Shown in pieces: positions 47,512 to 57,080 of a DNA stretch of 64,000 nt; the stretch's first letter is position 1, and every line of letters begins with the position of its first letter. The stretch is from an uncultured delta proteobacterium (GTDB lineage: Bacteria > Myxococcota_A > Polyangia > Fen-1088), in assembly GCA_963755125.1 (NCBI GenBank), contig CAVWIP010000016.1, positions 128,001 through 192,000 of the forward strand. The letters run 5' to 3'. A program made the position numbers and the translations under genes. The notes beneath the pieces were generated by a model. That model was not told where the DNA came from, did no database searches, and saw only the letters and a program-made list of their open reading frames with translations.

Positions 47512-48230
47512 TACGCGGCCCAGAGTTCCAGGTCGAAATCTGCGGCTGCGCGCAAATCCTCGGCAACCCGCTGCCGGGCGTGATGCAAGCGCGACATCAC
47601 GGTGCCCATGGGACAAGCCGCAACCTCGGCGATCTCGTCGTAGGCGCAGTCCTCGAACTCGCGCAGGATGATGGCCTGCCGGTGTACGGGCGCCAGCCGC
47701 GCCACCGCTCCCCGCACCAGGAGCTGCATCTGGGCGATCCCCATCTCACGTTCCGGAGTCCGGTCGTGGGATGGCTCCAGCTTGGGCTGGCAGTCGTCAT
47801 CACGCTCGTCAGCCACCGCGCTCTCCGCCCGGACAGAACGTTTTCGCAGGATGTCCAGGCTTGCGTTCATCACAATGCGATGGATCCAGGTAGTGAAGGA
47901 TGCGCGTCCCTCGAAGCGGTGCAGGTTCCGCCACACCTTCAACATCGCGTCCTGCACGGCATCCTCGGCGTCGTCGCGATTTCGCAGAACCTTCAGCGCA
48001 ATCGCCATGGCTCGCGGCCGGACACGGTCCAGGAGCGGACGCAGCGCCTGGCCATCACCCGTCTGTGCCTGCTCTGCCAGAGCAGAAGCCTCGCCGAGTG
48101 GCGCCACCGCCACTTCCGCAGGCCTCTTCCGACGCGCCAAACCGCCCACCGAAGGCCTACCCGCCACGCTCGACTGTGGCAGTCTTGCCGCCAAGTCAGC
48201 TAACATCGCGAAATCCGTGGTTGGTTGCAT
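47511..48230 (-). CDS. ECF-type sigma-70 factor (RpoE-like)
   Basis: DAEDAVQD, FEGRASFTTWIHRI..N, YDEIA..GTVMSRLHHAR; SD AAGGA. Confidence 0.92.
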   Translation of the reverse strand: MQPTTDFAMLADLAARLPQSSVAGRPSVGGLARRKRPAEVAVAPLGEASALAEQAQTGDGQALRPLLDRVRPRAMAIALKVLRNRDDAEDAVQDAMLKVWRNLHRFEGRASFTTWIHRIVMNASLDILRKRSVRAESAVADERDDDCQPKLEPSHDRTPEREMGIAQMQLLVRGAVARLAPVHRQAIILREFEDCAYDEIAEVAACPMGTVMSRLHHARQRVAEDLRAAADFDLELWAA

Positions 48231-48367
48231 GGCAGTAACTTCCTTGTGCAAAGCCGGGACCGACGCTTTGCGCTGCAACCGCACGCGCAACTCCGGCCAG
48301 CAATGCTGCAATTCAGCATTCCGATGAAGGATGGCGGGCGCGGGGTGCGGATTATACTTCCCAGCCC

Positions 48368-51361
48368 ATGACTGACATCGAACGGGTCCGCCTCTTCCTG
48401 CGCCAGGTGCGCCGGCGGGCCCTGCTGGTGTTGGGACTGCGGGCAGCAGGGTTCACCGCCGCAGCCATGCTGACCACGGTCTTGCTGCTGGGTCTCACTG
48501 CTACGTGGATCGGGCCAGCCACCTTTTGGCGGGCCGCGACGATTCTAGTTCTGCTCGCACTCCTGCTGCTCGGCCTGGCCATGCTCTGGGGCCTGCCCGC
48601 GCGGCGGCTGCGATCGATGCGATCTGTCGCCGCGTTTGCTGGCCGGCGCCACCCACCGCTGGCCAGCGACCTTCTGTCTGCTGTCGAGCTTGATGTGGAC
48701 GACGACCGCGAACTGCCCAACGCTGGATCACTTGCGATGGCCCGCGCCTTCTTCGCCACCGTGGCGGACGCGGCCGCGCCGCTCGATCCGGCGCGCTTGC
48801 TTCCGCTGCGAAAGGAGGTTTGGGCCGGGCTTGCCGCCGCGCTGGCAGCCCTGCTGCTGGTGCTGGCAGTGGCCCTGTCACCCGACACCGTTGGCCGTGG
48901 CCTGCACCTGCTCGCGCACCGACCGAGCCGCTTCGAAGCCGCGAGCCCGTCCCGCGACCCGCTGGTTGCCGATCTGCGCATCACCTATCAGTACCCGGCG
49001 TACACAGCGATGGCGCCGCGGGTGGTGGAGGGATCCACGGGCGACATCGTGGCACTGCGGGGAACGCGCGTGCTGCTGGAAATGCGACCGTTGCGTTCGA
49101 CGCGCCAGGCGCTGCTGCTGCTTGGCGAGTCGGGCGAGGGAGGCGAGATCCCGGCGACGGTGTCAGCCGGCAAGCTGTCAGCCGGGCTGGTTGTCAACGA
49201 AGACAACAGCTACCGCGTCTGGTTGTCGCCGCTCTTCGGCCGGCCCGTGCGCGAGACGCGGTCCCATCGCATCGTGGTGGAACCTGACCGGCCACCTGAG
49301 GTCGACATCATGGCGCCAGCCGATCATCTGGAACTGGCCGCGCCCAGGCCGGTGGAGGTGGGCTACTCCGCCCGCGACGACTACGGCCTTGCCCGCATCG
49401 AACTCGTATACCGGGTTGACAGTGGACCGGAGCAGCGGACGCTTCTCAAGGACGCACAGGGCGCGCGGGCCGTGCGCGGCACCACCTTGTTCGAGCCCAC
49501 CACGGCCATGCTCACGCCCGGCGCGCGTGTCGCCTATCACATCGAGGCCCATGACCGCGACGATGTCTCGGGCAGCAAACTGGGCGCCTCGCGCACCCTC
49601 ACCTTGGTGATCCAGAACCCGCGCGAAGCCCTTGATGAGCATCTGGCGGCAGAACACGTGGTACTGGACAAGCTGGTGGGCACGCTGGCTGACCGCATCG
49701 AGTTCGCCGAAGCCGTGTCCGAGTCGCCGCCGCTAGAGCGTCTGTGGCGCTGGCGCGATCTACACGAAGCCGAAGAATCGCATCTGGTGCTGCTCGGCCG
49801 CCTGGTCGATGAGCAGCGGCGCAAGGCCAGCGCCAGCCGGACCCTGGTGGCGGCCCTGGCCAGCGTCGCAGATCGGCTGGGACGCCAGATGCGCGAGGAA
49901 GCCGATTTGCTCAAGGGCCTGCGCAAGCAAGCTGACCAGGGGGCGCTGACCTCGACGCGGCTCAACCGGCTGCAGCCGGCGGGTGCCCGCCACGTGGCCG
50001 AACTGGAGAGCGTCGTGCTTGTGCTCGACGATCTCATCGGCCGGCAACGCCTCGACGATCTGGCCGAGCTGGGCAAGGAATTGACCGACGCGCACAAGCG
50101 CTTGCAGGATCTGCTGGCGCGCTACCAGATGGCCGGCGACGAGGGGCTGCGCCGTCAGATCGAACGCGAGATCCGCGAGCTGCGCGCGCGCATCGCGGAG
50201 CTGGCGCGCAAGATTGCTGAGGTCAAGGCCCGCAACGAGGTGGCGACCGACTGGATGAACATGCCTGACCCGAAGAAAGCCATGGAGCAGGCGGCTCGCC
50301 TCGATTCGCTTCTGGAAAAGGGCGACGCGCGCTCGCTGGCCGAGGCGTTGGCCGAGCTGGGCAACACCCTGGCGGCGCTGCAGCAGGCGCTCGACAAGAA
50401 CGCCGATGACTTCAGCCGTGAGCGCTTCCCGCAGGAGAGCCGGGCGCTGGCCGAGGCCATGAAGAAGATCGGTGATCTGGAAGGCGATCAGCGCGGCCTC
50501 GCCTCGGACAGCAAGGCGTTGGCCGAGGAGACCGAGGCGGCGCAGGCACGACGCATGGAAGCGCAGCTCGACGACTTTCTGGCCAAGGCCAAGCAGAGCC
50601 TCGACGGCATGCAACGGCGGATCGGAGGCGCGCCGCCGCGCGAGGTGGGCCTGTCCCTGGGCGCGGACTTGGAGCGCGCACGGGAGAGCGTCCGACAAAT
50701 GCGGCGGCAGCTTCCGGCCAAGGAATGGGCCGAGGCGCGCAAGGAAAGCGAACGCCTGGCGTCCGGTTTGCGGCGCGTACAGGGCACGCTTGCGGAGCGC
50801 GGTGCCGGCAAGCCCCCTTCCTCGTCCTTCGACAGCTATTCGGCGCAGATCGAGGAAGCCGGCGCGCTGGCGCAAGACCTGGCCGCCGATCTGGCCAACC
50901 TGGTTCCGCGCGGCGATGACGCGCTCACGCCCGGCCAGCGCGAGCAGGCGCGGGGCATGGGCGAGCGGCAAGACAGCATCGGCGAGCGCACCGAACGTCT
51001 GGCGCAAGAGCTGGACAAGCGCCAGGGCCAGGTGCCGGGTGGGGACATGGCGAGCGCTGAGCTGGGCGGCATCGCCGGGCAGATGCGACAGGCGAGCAAG
51101 GATCTGCGACAGGGCGCCGCGGTGGAAGGATCGGGCCGCGCCCAGGAGGCGGCAGATCGCCTGGCTAAGCTGCGCGAATCGCTGGGCCAGCGCCCGATGG
51201 GCAGCGGGCGCTCGGCGCGCGAACCGGTGCGGATCCCCGGAGCCGACGAGTACCGCGCCCCGCGCGAATGGCGCGAGGAGCTGATGGAAGCCATGCGCGA
51301 GCAGGCGCCCGAAAAGTTCCGCGATGAGGTGCGCCGGTACTACGAGGAGCTGGTGCGATGA
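48368..51361 (+). CDS. DUF4175-like large membrane / coiled-coil protein
   Basis: 3 TMs, YPAYT, DRPPEV, ARDDYGL, long coiled coil, terminal RRYYEEL. Confidence 0.78.
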   Translation: MTDIERVRLFLRQVRRRALLVLGLRAAGFTAAAMLTTVLLLGLTATWIGPATFWRAATILVLLALLLLGLAMLWGLPARRLRSMRSVAAFAGRRHPPLASDLLSAVELDVDDDRELPNAGSLAMARAFFATVADAAAPLDPARLLPLRKEVWAGLAAALAALLLVLAVALSPDTVGRGLHLLAHRPSRFEAASPSRDPLVADLRITYQYPAYTAMAPRVVEGSTGDIVALRGTRVLLEMRPLRSTRQALLLLGESGEGGEIPATVSAGKLSAGLVVNEDNSYRVWLSPLFGRPVRETRSHRIVVEPDRPPEVDIMAPADHLELAAPRPVEVGYSARDDYGLARIELVYRVDSGPEQRTLLKDAQGARAVRGTTLFEPTTAMLTPGARVAYHIEAHDRDDVSGSKLGASRTLTLVIQNPREALDEHLAAEHVVLDKLVGTLADRIEFAEAVSESPPLERLWRWRDLHEAEESHLVLLGRLVDEQRRKASASRTLVAALASVADRLGRQMREEADLLKGLRKQADQGALTSTRLNRLQPAGARHVAELESVVLVLDDLIGRQRLDDLAELGKELTDAHKRLQDLLARYQMAGDEGLRRQIEREIRELRARIAELARKIAEVKARNEVATDWMNMPDPKKAMEQAARLDSLLEKGDARSLAEALAELGNTLAALQQALDKNADDFSRERFPQESRALAEAMKKIGDLEGDQRGLASDSKALAEETEAAQARRMEAQLDDFLAKAKQSLDGMQRRIGGAPPREVGLSLGADLERARESVRQMRRQLPAKEWAEARKESERLASGLRRVQGTLAERGAGKPPSSSFDSYSAQIEEAGALAQDLAADLANLVPRGDDALTPGQREQARGMGERQDSIGERTERLAQELDKRQGQVPGGDMASAELGGIAGQMRQASKDLRQGAAVEGSGRAQEAADRLAKLRESLGQRPMGSGRSAREPVRIPGADEYRAPREWREELMEAMREQAPEKFRDEVRRYYEELVR

Positions 51362-52944
51362 ACCGAATCGTGTGGCTGGCCGGGGTTGCGCTGGTGCTGG
51401 CAGCACCGTGCCCCGGCGTGGCCGAGGAGGTCGTCACGGCCGGAGACGCGGAAACCGTGGTCAGGCTGTACGACCAGTGGTACTTCGCGGATGCGGACCG
51501 GATGCTGGCCGATCTGGAGCGGACGCATCCCGGCGAGGCCCACACGCTCTTCGCCGAGGGCTACCAGCGCTTCCTGAGCGGCGACTACCCGGCTGCCGTG
51601 GCCTTGCTGAAGGCCGCGGGCGCCCGGATGCCGGTCAAGGAGTTGCTGTCCCTGGCCGAGGGTGCACAGAAGAGTATCGCGGGTCATCAGGAACGGCGCT
51701 CGGTACATTTCGTGATTCGCTTTCCCCCGGAAGATGCGGTCATTGCCGACTACGCTCTGGATGCGCTGGAAGCCGCCGCCGCGGCTTTACGGACCGACCT
51801 GGGCTTTGTCCCGTCCCGCCCGATACCGGTGGACATCCTGCGCAGCCCGGACGACCTGGCGCTGGTCACGGCGCTCAGCACCGACGAGGTGGAGCGTACC
51901 GGCACCATCGCGGTGTCCAAATGGGGCCGCATTATGCTGTCCACTCCGCGCGCCATGCGGCTCGGCTACGACTGGCTGGACAGCCTGTCGCACGAGCTGG
52001 TCCACTACGCGGTGGCCAGCGCGACCCACGACCGGGCGCCGGTGTGGCTGCAAGAAGGCTTGGCCAAGTTTCTCGAACACCGCTGGCGCGATCCGCCTGG
52101 CCTGGCGCTCACGCCATCGCTGCAACACCTGCTGGCCAAGGGGCTGGCCACCCACAAGCTGATCAGCTTCGATGCCATGCACCCATCCATGGCCAAGTTG
52201 CCGCGCGCCGAGGACGCGTCGCTGGCCTTCGCCGAGGTGACCACCGCCATCGGGCTGCTCTACTCGACCTCAGGCGTGTCGGCCCTGCGCAACGTGCTTA
52301 CCATGATCGCCGACGGCGCCGACGCGCGCATGGCCGTGGCGCGCGCCTACGGGGGTAGCGGGAGCTGGGCTGACTTCGAGAAGGCGTGGCGGGCCTTCAT
52401 GGTCGCGCAGCACTACAAGATCATTCCCGGCTTCGAGGCATTGTCGCCCAAGTACCGCAAAGACAGCGCCATTGCTGCCCGCCGGGCGCCGGTGGAGGAC
52501 GAGGCCAGCCCGGAGCGGGCCGGCGCCGAGCGCTTCCTGCGCCTGGGGAACATGCTGCTTCAGCGCGGACGCGTGCGGGCCGCCAGCGCCGAGTACGAAA
52601 AAGGCGCCAAGGAAGCGGGCCCGGCCTACTGGCTGTTCTCAGTCAAGCTGGGTCGCAGCTACCTGGCCATGGGCCTGGCCGACCGAGCCTTGCAAGCCGT
52701 GGCGTCTGCGCAGGCGCTCTACCCCGAGGTGCCCTGGCCCCACCTCATCGCCGGGCAAGCGCTCCTGGCCAAGGGAGACGCGGCTGGCGCCGTGCCGCCG
52801 TTGCTGGCATCGCTGGCCGCCAATCCCTTTGACCCGAGCGTGCACTGCAGCCTGGCCGAGGCCTACAAGAAGTTGCCCGCCGACGCCGCGACCACCAGCA
52901 AACGCCAGCGAGCGGAACGCGACTGCCGGGCGCTGGGGCGGTAG
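51358..52944 (+). CDS. Secreted peptidase MA-like metallohydrolase with TPRs
   Basis: Signal peptide; HELVH (HExxH) plus PVWLQEGLA; C-terminal TPRs; ATGA overlap. Confidence 0.85.
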   Translation: MNRIVWLAGVALVLAAPCPGVAEEVVTAGDAETVVRLYDQWYFADADRMLADLERTHPGEAHTLFAEGYQRFLSGDYPAAVALLKAAGARMPVKELLSLAEGAQKSIAGHQERRSVHFVIRFPPEDAVIADYALDALEAAAAALRTDLGFVPSRPIPVDILRSPDDLALVTALSTDEVERTGTIAVSKWGRIMLSTPRAMRLGYDWLDSLSHELVHYAVASATHDRAPVWLQEGLAKFLEHRWRDPPGLALTPSLQHLLAKGLATHKLISFDAMHPSMAKLPRAEDASLAFAEVTTAIGLLYSTSGVSALRNVLTMIADGADARMAVARAYGGSGSWADFEKAWRAFMVAQHYKIIPGFEALSPKYRKDSAIAARRAPVEDEASPERAGAERFLRLGNMLLQRGRVRAASAEYEKGAKEAGPAYWLFSVKLGRSYLAMGLADRALQAVASAQALYPEVPWPHLIAGQALLAKGDAAGAVPPLLASLAANPFDPSVHCSLAEAYKKLPADAATTSKRQRAERDCRALGR

Positions 52945-53125
52945 CATTCGGGGCTACGTCGGCGTGCGTGGCGGCGCAAGGGTTCTCCAATGCAGAAGAG
53001 CTCTGCCCGAAAGGACCATGCACGCCACAGCTTGAATCGTCGGGGGACATCGCTTGCGGAATCGGAGATAATGAATAGCCTGTGCCTTGGGGACTTCGGA
53101 ATGTCCGTTTGATGAGGAAGCTGCA

Positions 53126-53899
53126 ATGCGAAGGATGAAAGCCAAGGATGGCATGAAAGCTGCGATTCAAAACCGGACCGACCGAAGGGTTGTGGAGATT
53201 CTCGGCGAGTTGCATGCCATGGGTTGCGAGAAAAACCGGGCAGGCATGGCTCGCTACGGAATCAACGTCCAAGACGCGTTCGGTGTGTCCGTGTACGAAC
53301 TGCGCAAGGTTGCCAAGCGGCTGGGCACCGACCATGGGTTGGCGCTCGCGCTATGGGCGACGGGAAACCACGAAGCACGCCTGCTGGCTTGCTTCGTCGA
53401 CGATCCGGCACTGGTCAGCGCCCGGCAGATGGAAACGTGGGCCCGCGATTTCGACTCGTGGGACGTCTGCGATCAGGCGACGACCAGCCTCTTCGACCTG
53501 ACCGAGCACGCGTGGTCGAAGGCAGTGGCGTGGGCCACCCGTGAGCAGGAGTGGGTCAAGCGCGCCGGCTTCGCCCTGATGGCGGGATTGGCCGTGCACG
53601 ACAAATCGGCCGGCAATCGCGCCTTCCTGACGCTGCTGCCGGTGATCGAGCGCGGCGCTGCCGACCCGCGCAACTTCGTGAAGAAGGCGGTCAACTGGGC
53701 TCTGCGCAACCTCGGCAAACGCAACCGGACTCTCAATGTCGCCGCCATCGCCTGCGCCGAGCGGATCCGCGCCGCGGCCAACCGGCGAGCCGGTGGGGAC
53801 CACGGCGGTGACCTGCAAGCCCGCAGTGCCCGCTGGGTCGCCGCCGACGCGCTTCGCGAGCTTGCGTCCGCCAAGGTTCAGGCGCGCATCAGGGACTGA
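53126..53899 (+). CDS. DNA alkylation repair protein (AlkD-like)
   Basis: FGVSVYELR, LW..G.HEARLL, FDSWDVCD, EWVKRAG, RNFVKKAVNWALR. Confidence 0.88.
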   Translation: MRRMKAKDGMKAAIQNRTDRRVVEILGELHAMGCEKNRAGMARYGINVQDAFGVSVYELRKVAKRLGTDHGLALALWATGNHEARLLACFVDDPALVSARQMETWARDFDSWDVCDQATTSLFDLTEHAWSKAVAWATREQEWVKRAGFALMAGLAVHDKSAGNRAFLTLLPVIERGAADPRNFVKKAVNWALRNLGKRNRTLNVAAIACAERIRAAANRRAGGDHGGDLQARSARWVAADALRELASAKVQARIRD

Positions 53900-53939
53900 C
53901 CGCAACCGGCTGTCGCGCAGACTTCTTTGCCGGACCGGA

Positions 53940-54605
53940 TCACTCTCCGAGGTGGCGCTCACCTCGCCAGCCAGCCTCGAATCCGAAATCATGGGTCACA
54001 ACGACCGCGTCGCCCCCTGGCGGCTTGGGAAATTCCCAGCCCCGAAATGCTTTGACGACGCATTTCTCTACGCGGACATCCTTCAGTCTGGAATCCTGCA
54101 ATTCCGACTTGATGACCTTTCCAGCGGGCGAAATGGTGAACTGCACCGTGACCCGACCAGAAAGCTCGGGCTTCTTCTTCAGCGCGGGCAGGTAGCAGGC
54201 CCGCAACTCGTCGAGGTGGCCACGAAGGGTGCGACGGACAACTAGCTTGTCGAGCGAACCGCGCACGAGCACCGGACCGGGAATGACATCCGGATCTCGC
54301 TTCGACCTCCCGTTCTCTGCAGACGCTGGCGCATCAGAATCCACGGTCGTTGGGGCCTGTTCATCCTCGGAGCCCGTGGAAGATGTCACGGCTGGAGTCA
54401 GCACTTGAGTCTCCACCTGCGCGGGCGCCGGTTGGGGCAGCGCACGCGACGGCGGAGGCGCAGCCGCAGCCACCGGCTCTGGCTCGCTGGGTTGGCCACG
54501 CGATGACGCGCATCCAGACGGGAGAACCAGTAACTGGCCCACCAACACCGCAGACGTAAGACCGACCAAGGTGCGAAAAAACAATGAACGCGAATGAACC
54601 GGCAT
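53940..54605 (-). CDS. Lipoprotein with AgmX/PglI C-terminal (TonB-C-like) domain
   Basis: PSGC lipobox; GSLDK..RACY...PELSGRVTVQFTI...CV...WEFPKP.GG. Confidence 0.8.
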   Translation of the reverse strand: MPVHSRSLFFRTLVGLTSAVLVGQLLVLPSGCASSRGQPSEPEPVAAAAPPPSRALPQPAPAQVETQVLTPAVTSSTGSEDEQAPTTVDSDAPASAENGRSKRDPDVIPGPVLVRGSLDKLVVRRTLRGHLDELRACYLPALKKKPELSGRVTVQFTISPAGKVIKSELQDSRLKDVRVEKCVVKAFRGWEFPKPPGGDAVVVTHDFGFEAGWRGERHLGE

Positions 54606-54689
54606 GTCCGCACTGTCTCACGTCGGCAGAGCGCTTACCAAGACCACAGTGCGCAGGCAGGCGGGCAGACTGAAGATATGTGCGTGCCG

Positions 54690-55643
54690 CTAGCCGGGTG
54701 GCACCGGCGGTAGCAGCGGGTCACCTTCGCTAGGGGCGAGCAAAAAGGAGGCTCGGGCCTGGTGCAAGATCTTCGGCGTCACGCTGGCGGACCAGAACGC
54801 CTGCGTGGCGGACAGGGCGTGCGTCCCGAGGACGATCAAATCGGAGTGCATCTCCCGCGCGGTGGCGAGCAGGCCTTCGGCGGGATCGACGCGCATGACC
54901 CGGCCCGAGGCGAAGACACCGATTTCCTGCAATTCGCGGACGTGGACCGCCAGGTGGCGAGCGGCTTCTTGCTCGGCGAGGCGCAGGACTTCTTCCGTGG
55001 CCCTGGGCAGGAAGGCAGCGCTGCCGGAATCCTTGCCCTTGAGCGCACCGGAAGGCGGGACGGCCGTGAACAGAAGCATCGGGATCTTGAGGTGCAGCGC
55101 CAGTTGCGCCGCGGGCTGCAGGCCCTGCTCGTGTTCGTCGGCGCCGTCCATGGGCACGAGAATATGGTGAAACGGGTAGTCCACCTGGCCGCGTTCGTCG
55201 GGCTGAACCAGCAGCACGGGCACGCGGTTCCTGCCCGGCGAGCCATGTTTGAGCGCGTGCAGAAACTGCTGGGCCAGGTTGCCGCGAAGGCGATCCTTCC
55301 ACCATTGCTTTCCGTGGGCGCACATCACGACGAGATCGGGGTGAAATTCCCGCGCGTGCAGCGCGAGGCTCTCGGCCACGTCGCCTACGGCCTCGTCGTG
55401 GACGTGCCAGTCGACCCCGGGCAGCGAAGGAAACTCGCGCGCGACCAGGGCGCGCAGATAGGCCTCGGCGGACGCCTTGTTTTGCAGATGCGCTTGCCCG
55501 TGTCTGGCTTTCGGGGCCGAACGCTCGATCACGTGCAGGACCGTAATGCGGGCGCCGCTGCCTTGAGCCAGGCCGCGTGCCACCGGGATTACCCGTTCGG
55601 CCATCGCGGTCCCGTCGAGCGGCAAGAGCAGGTGTTTGAACAT
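54690..55643 (-). CDS. Tandem-domain universal stress protein
   Basis: FKHLLLPLDG...DLVVMCAHG; FHHILVPMDG...DLIVLGTH. Confidence 0.88.
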   Translation of the reverse strand: MFKHLLLPLDGTAMAERVIPVARGLAQGSGARITVLHVIERSAPKARHGQAHLQNKASAEAYLRALVAREFPSLPGVDWHVHDEAVGDVAESLALHAREFHPDLVVMCAHGKQWWKDRLRGNLAQQFLHALKHGSPGRNRVPVLLVQPDERGQVDYPFHHILVPMDGADEHEQGLQPAAQLALHLKIPMLLFTAVPPSGALKGKDSGSAAFLPRATEEVLRLAEQEAARHLAVHVRELQEIGVFASGRVMRVDPAEGLLATAREMHSDLIVLGTHALSATQAFWSASVTPKILHQARASFLLAPSEGDPLLPPVPPG

Positions 55644-55648
55644 GGCGG

Positions 55649-56962
55649 TCAGCTCCCGAAGAAAGTTTCCCACAGCAGGTACACGTTCAAGCCCAGGATC
55701 AGCGCAGCGATCGCAGCCGCAACAGCCGTGGTCAGGGGCCGGTTGACCAGCTCGCCCATCAAGCGCTTGCGGCTCGAGAACGCCACCAGTGGAACGATGG
55801 CGAAAGGCAGGGCAAAGCTCAGCACGACCTGGCTCACCACCAAGGTCCGGGTCGGGTCGAACCCCAGCCAGATGACCAGCAGCGCGGGCGCCATGGTGAC
55901 CAGGCGCCGAACCCAGAGCGGGATGCGAAATTCCAGGAAGCCCTGCATGACGATCTGGCCGGCCATGGTGCCCACAGCCGAACTCGACAGGCCCGAAGCC
56001 AGCAGTGCAACCGCAAACAGCGTACCCGCAGCCGATCCCAAGAGAGGCTGGAGCGTCAGGTGCGCCTTCTCGATCGCGTCCACGTTGACCAGGCCGCGCG
56101 CGTGGAATGCACACGCGGCCATGATCAGCATCGCGCCATTGATGGCGCCTGCCACCCCCATGGCCAGAACCACGTCCAGCGTCTCGTAGCGGAGCAGGCG
56201 CTGCTTCTCGTCGAGCCCCAATGCGATGATGCGGCCCTGGGTCAGCGCAGAGTGCAGGAAGATCACGTGCGGCATCACGGTGGCGCCCAGGATGCCGGAA
56301 GCAAGCAGGAGGCCCGACTTGCCGCCGAAGGCGGGGACCACGGAGTGAAACGCCACCTGCTTCCAGTCGGGCCGGGCCAGGAAGAGCTCTGCCAGATACG
56401 AGGCTGCAATGGCGGCGACCAGCAGCGTGATGACCAGTTCCAAGCGGCGGAATCCGTAGCGTTCCAAGCTCAAGAGCAGAAAGGTGACGACTGCGGTAAG
56501 AAGGCCGGCAATCCCGAGCGACAAGCCGAACAGGAGATGGAACCCCAGGGCCGCGCCCAGGAATTCCGCCAGATCGGTGGCCATGGCCACGATCTCCATC
56601 ACCCCCCACAGCAAGAAACACAGCCCCCGCGGGAGGCTCAACCGGCACTGTTCCGCGAGGTTGCGCCCGGTGGCGATGCCCAGCTTGGCCGACAACATCT
56701 GGATCACCATCGCCATCAAGTTGCTGGTGACGACCACCCAAAGCAGCGTATAGCCGAGTTGCGAGCCGCTTTGCAGATTGGTGGCGAAGTTTCCCGGATC
56801 GACGTACGCCACCGATGCGATGATGGCTGGTCCCAGAAACGGCAGCACGCGCGCCAGTCCGCGCCGCCGGCCGGTGCCCGAAAGCACCTCGATGGCCGCA
56901 GCCACCGTGGCGCGATCGCCCGGCGGGCCAATCTGCAGCGGCGCTTCCGATGAAATCAGCAA
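55649..56962 (-). CDS. mntH: Nramp-family divalent metal (Mn2+) transporter
   Basis: YVDPGNF, ATDLAEFLG, GATVMPH, SSSAVGTMAGQ, SQVVLS; start estimated at TTG 56962. Confidence 0.93.
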   Translation of the reverse strand: MLISSEAPLQIGPPGDRATVAAAIEVLSGTGRRRGLARVLPFLGPAIIASVAYVDPGNFATNLQSGSQLGYTLLWVVVTSNLMAMVIQMLSAKLGIATGRNLAEQCRLSLPRGLCFLLWGVMEIVAMATDLAEFLGAALGFHLLFGLSLGIAGLLTAVVTFLLLSLERYGFRRLELVITLLVAAIAASYLAELFLARPDWKQVAFHSVVPAFGGKSGLLLASGILGATVMPHVIFLHSALTQGRIIALGLDEKQRLLRYETLDVVLAMGVAGAINGAMLIMAACAFHARGLVNVDAIEKAHLTLQPLLGSAAGTLFAVALLASGLSSSAVGTMAGQIVMQGFLEFRIPLWVRRLVTMAPALLVIWLGFDPTRTLVVSQVVLSFALPFAIVPLVAFSSRKRLMGELVNRPLTTAVAAAIAALILGLNVYLLWETFFGS

Positions 56963-57080
56963 AGCATCCGTGATTATAGCCCGGCTCGTATCGCGATCAG
57001 ATTGAAGGCGCAAAGAGACCCAATCCCCGGTGCCGATCCGCGCCAGGCGGCGACGGCAATGACCGCCCTCGATGGTCCGG

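Noticed and set aside
52945..53075. 6S or SRP RNA
   Set aside because: Some 6S-like words occur, but I found no complementary closing stem and no SRP core motif; kept only as an unassigned hairpin
54690..56741. 683-aa ORF as an MntH-USP fusion
   Set aside because: Its N-terminal part is an alternative frame over mntH; the USP starts at ATG 55643 and mntH has its own stop
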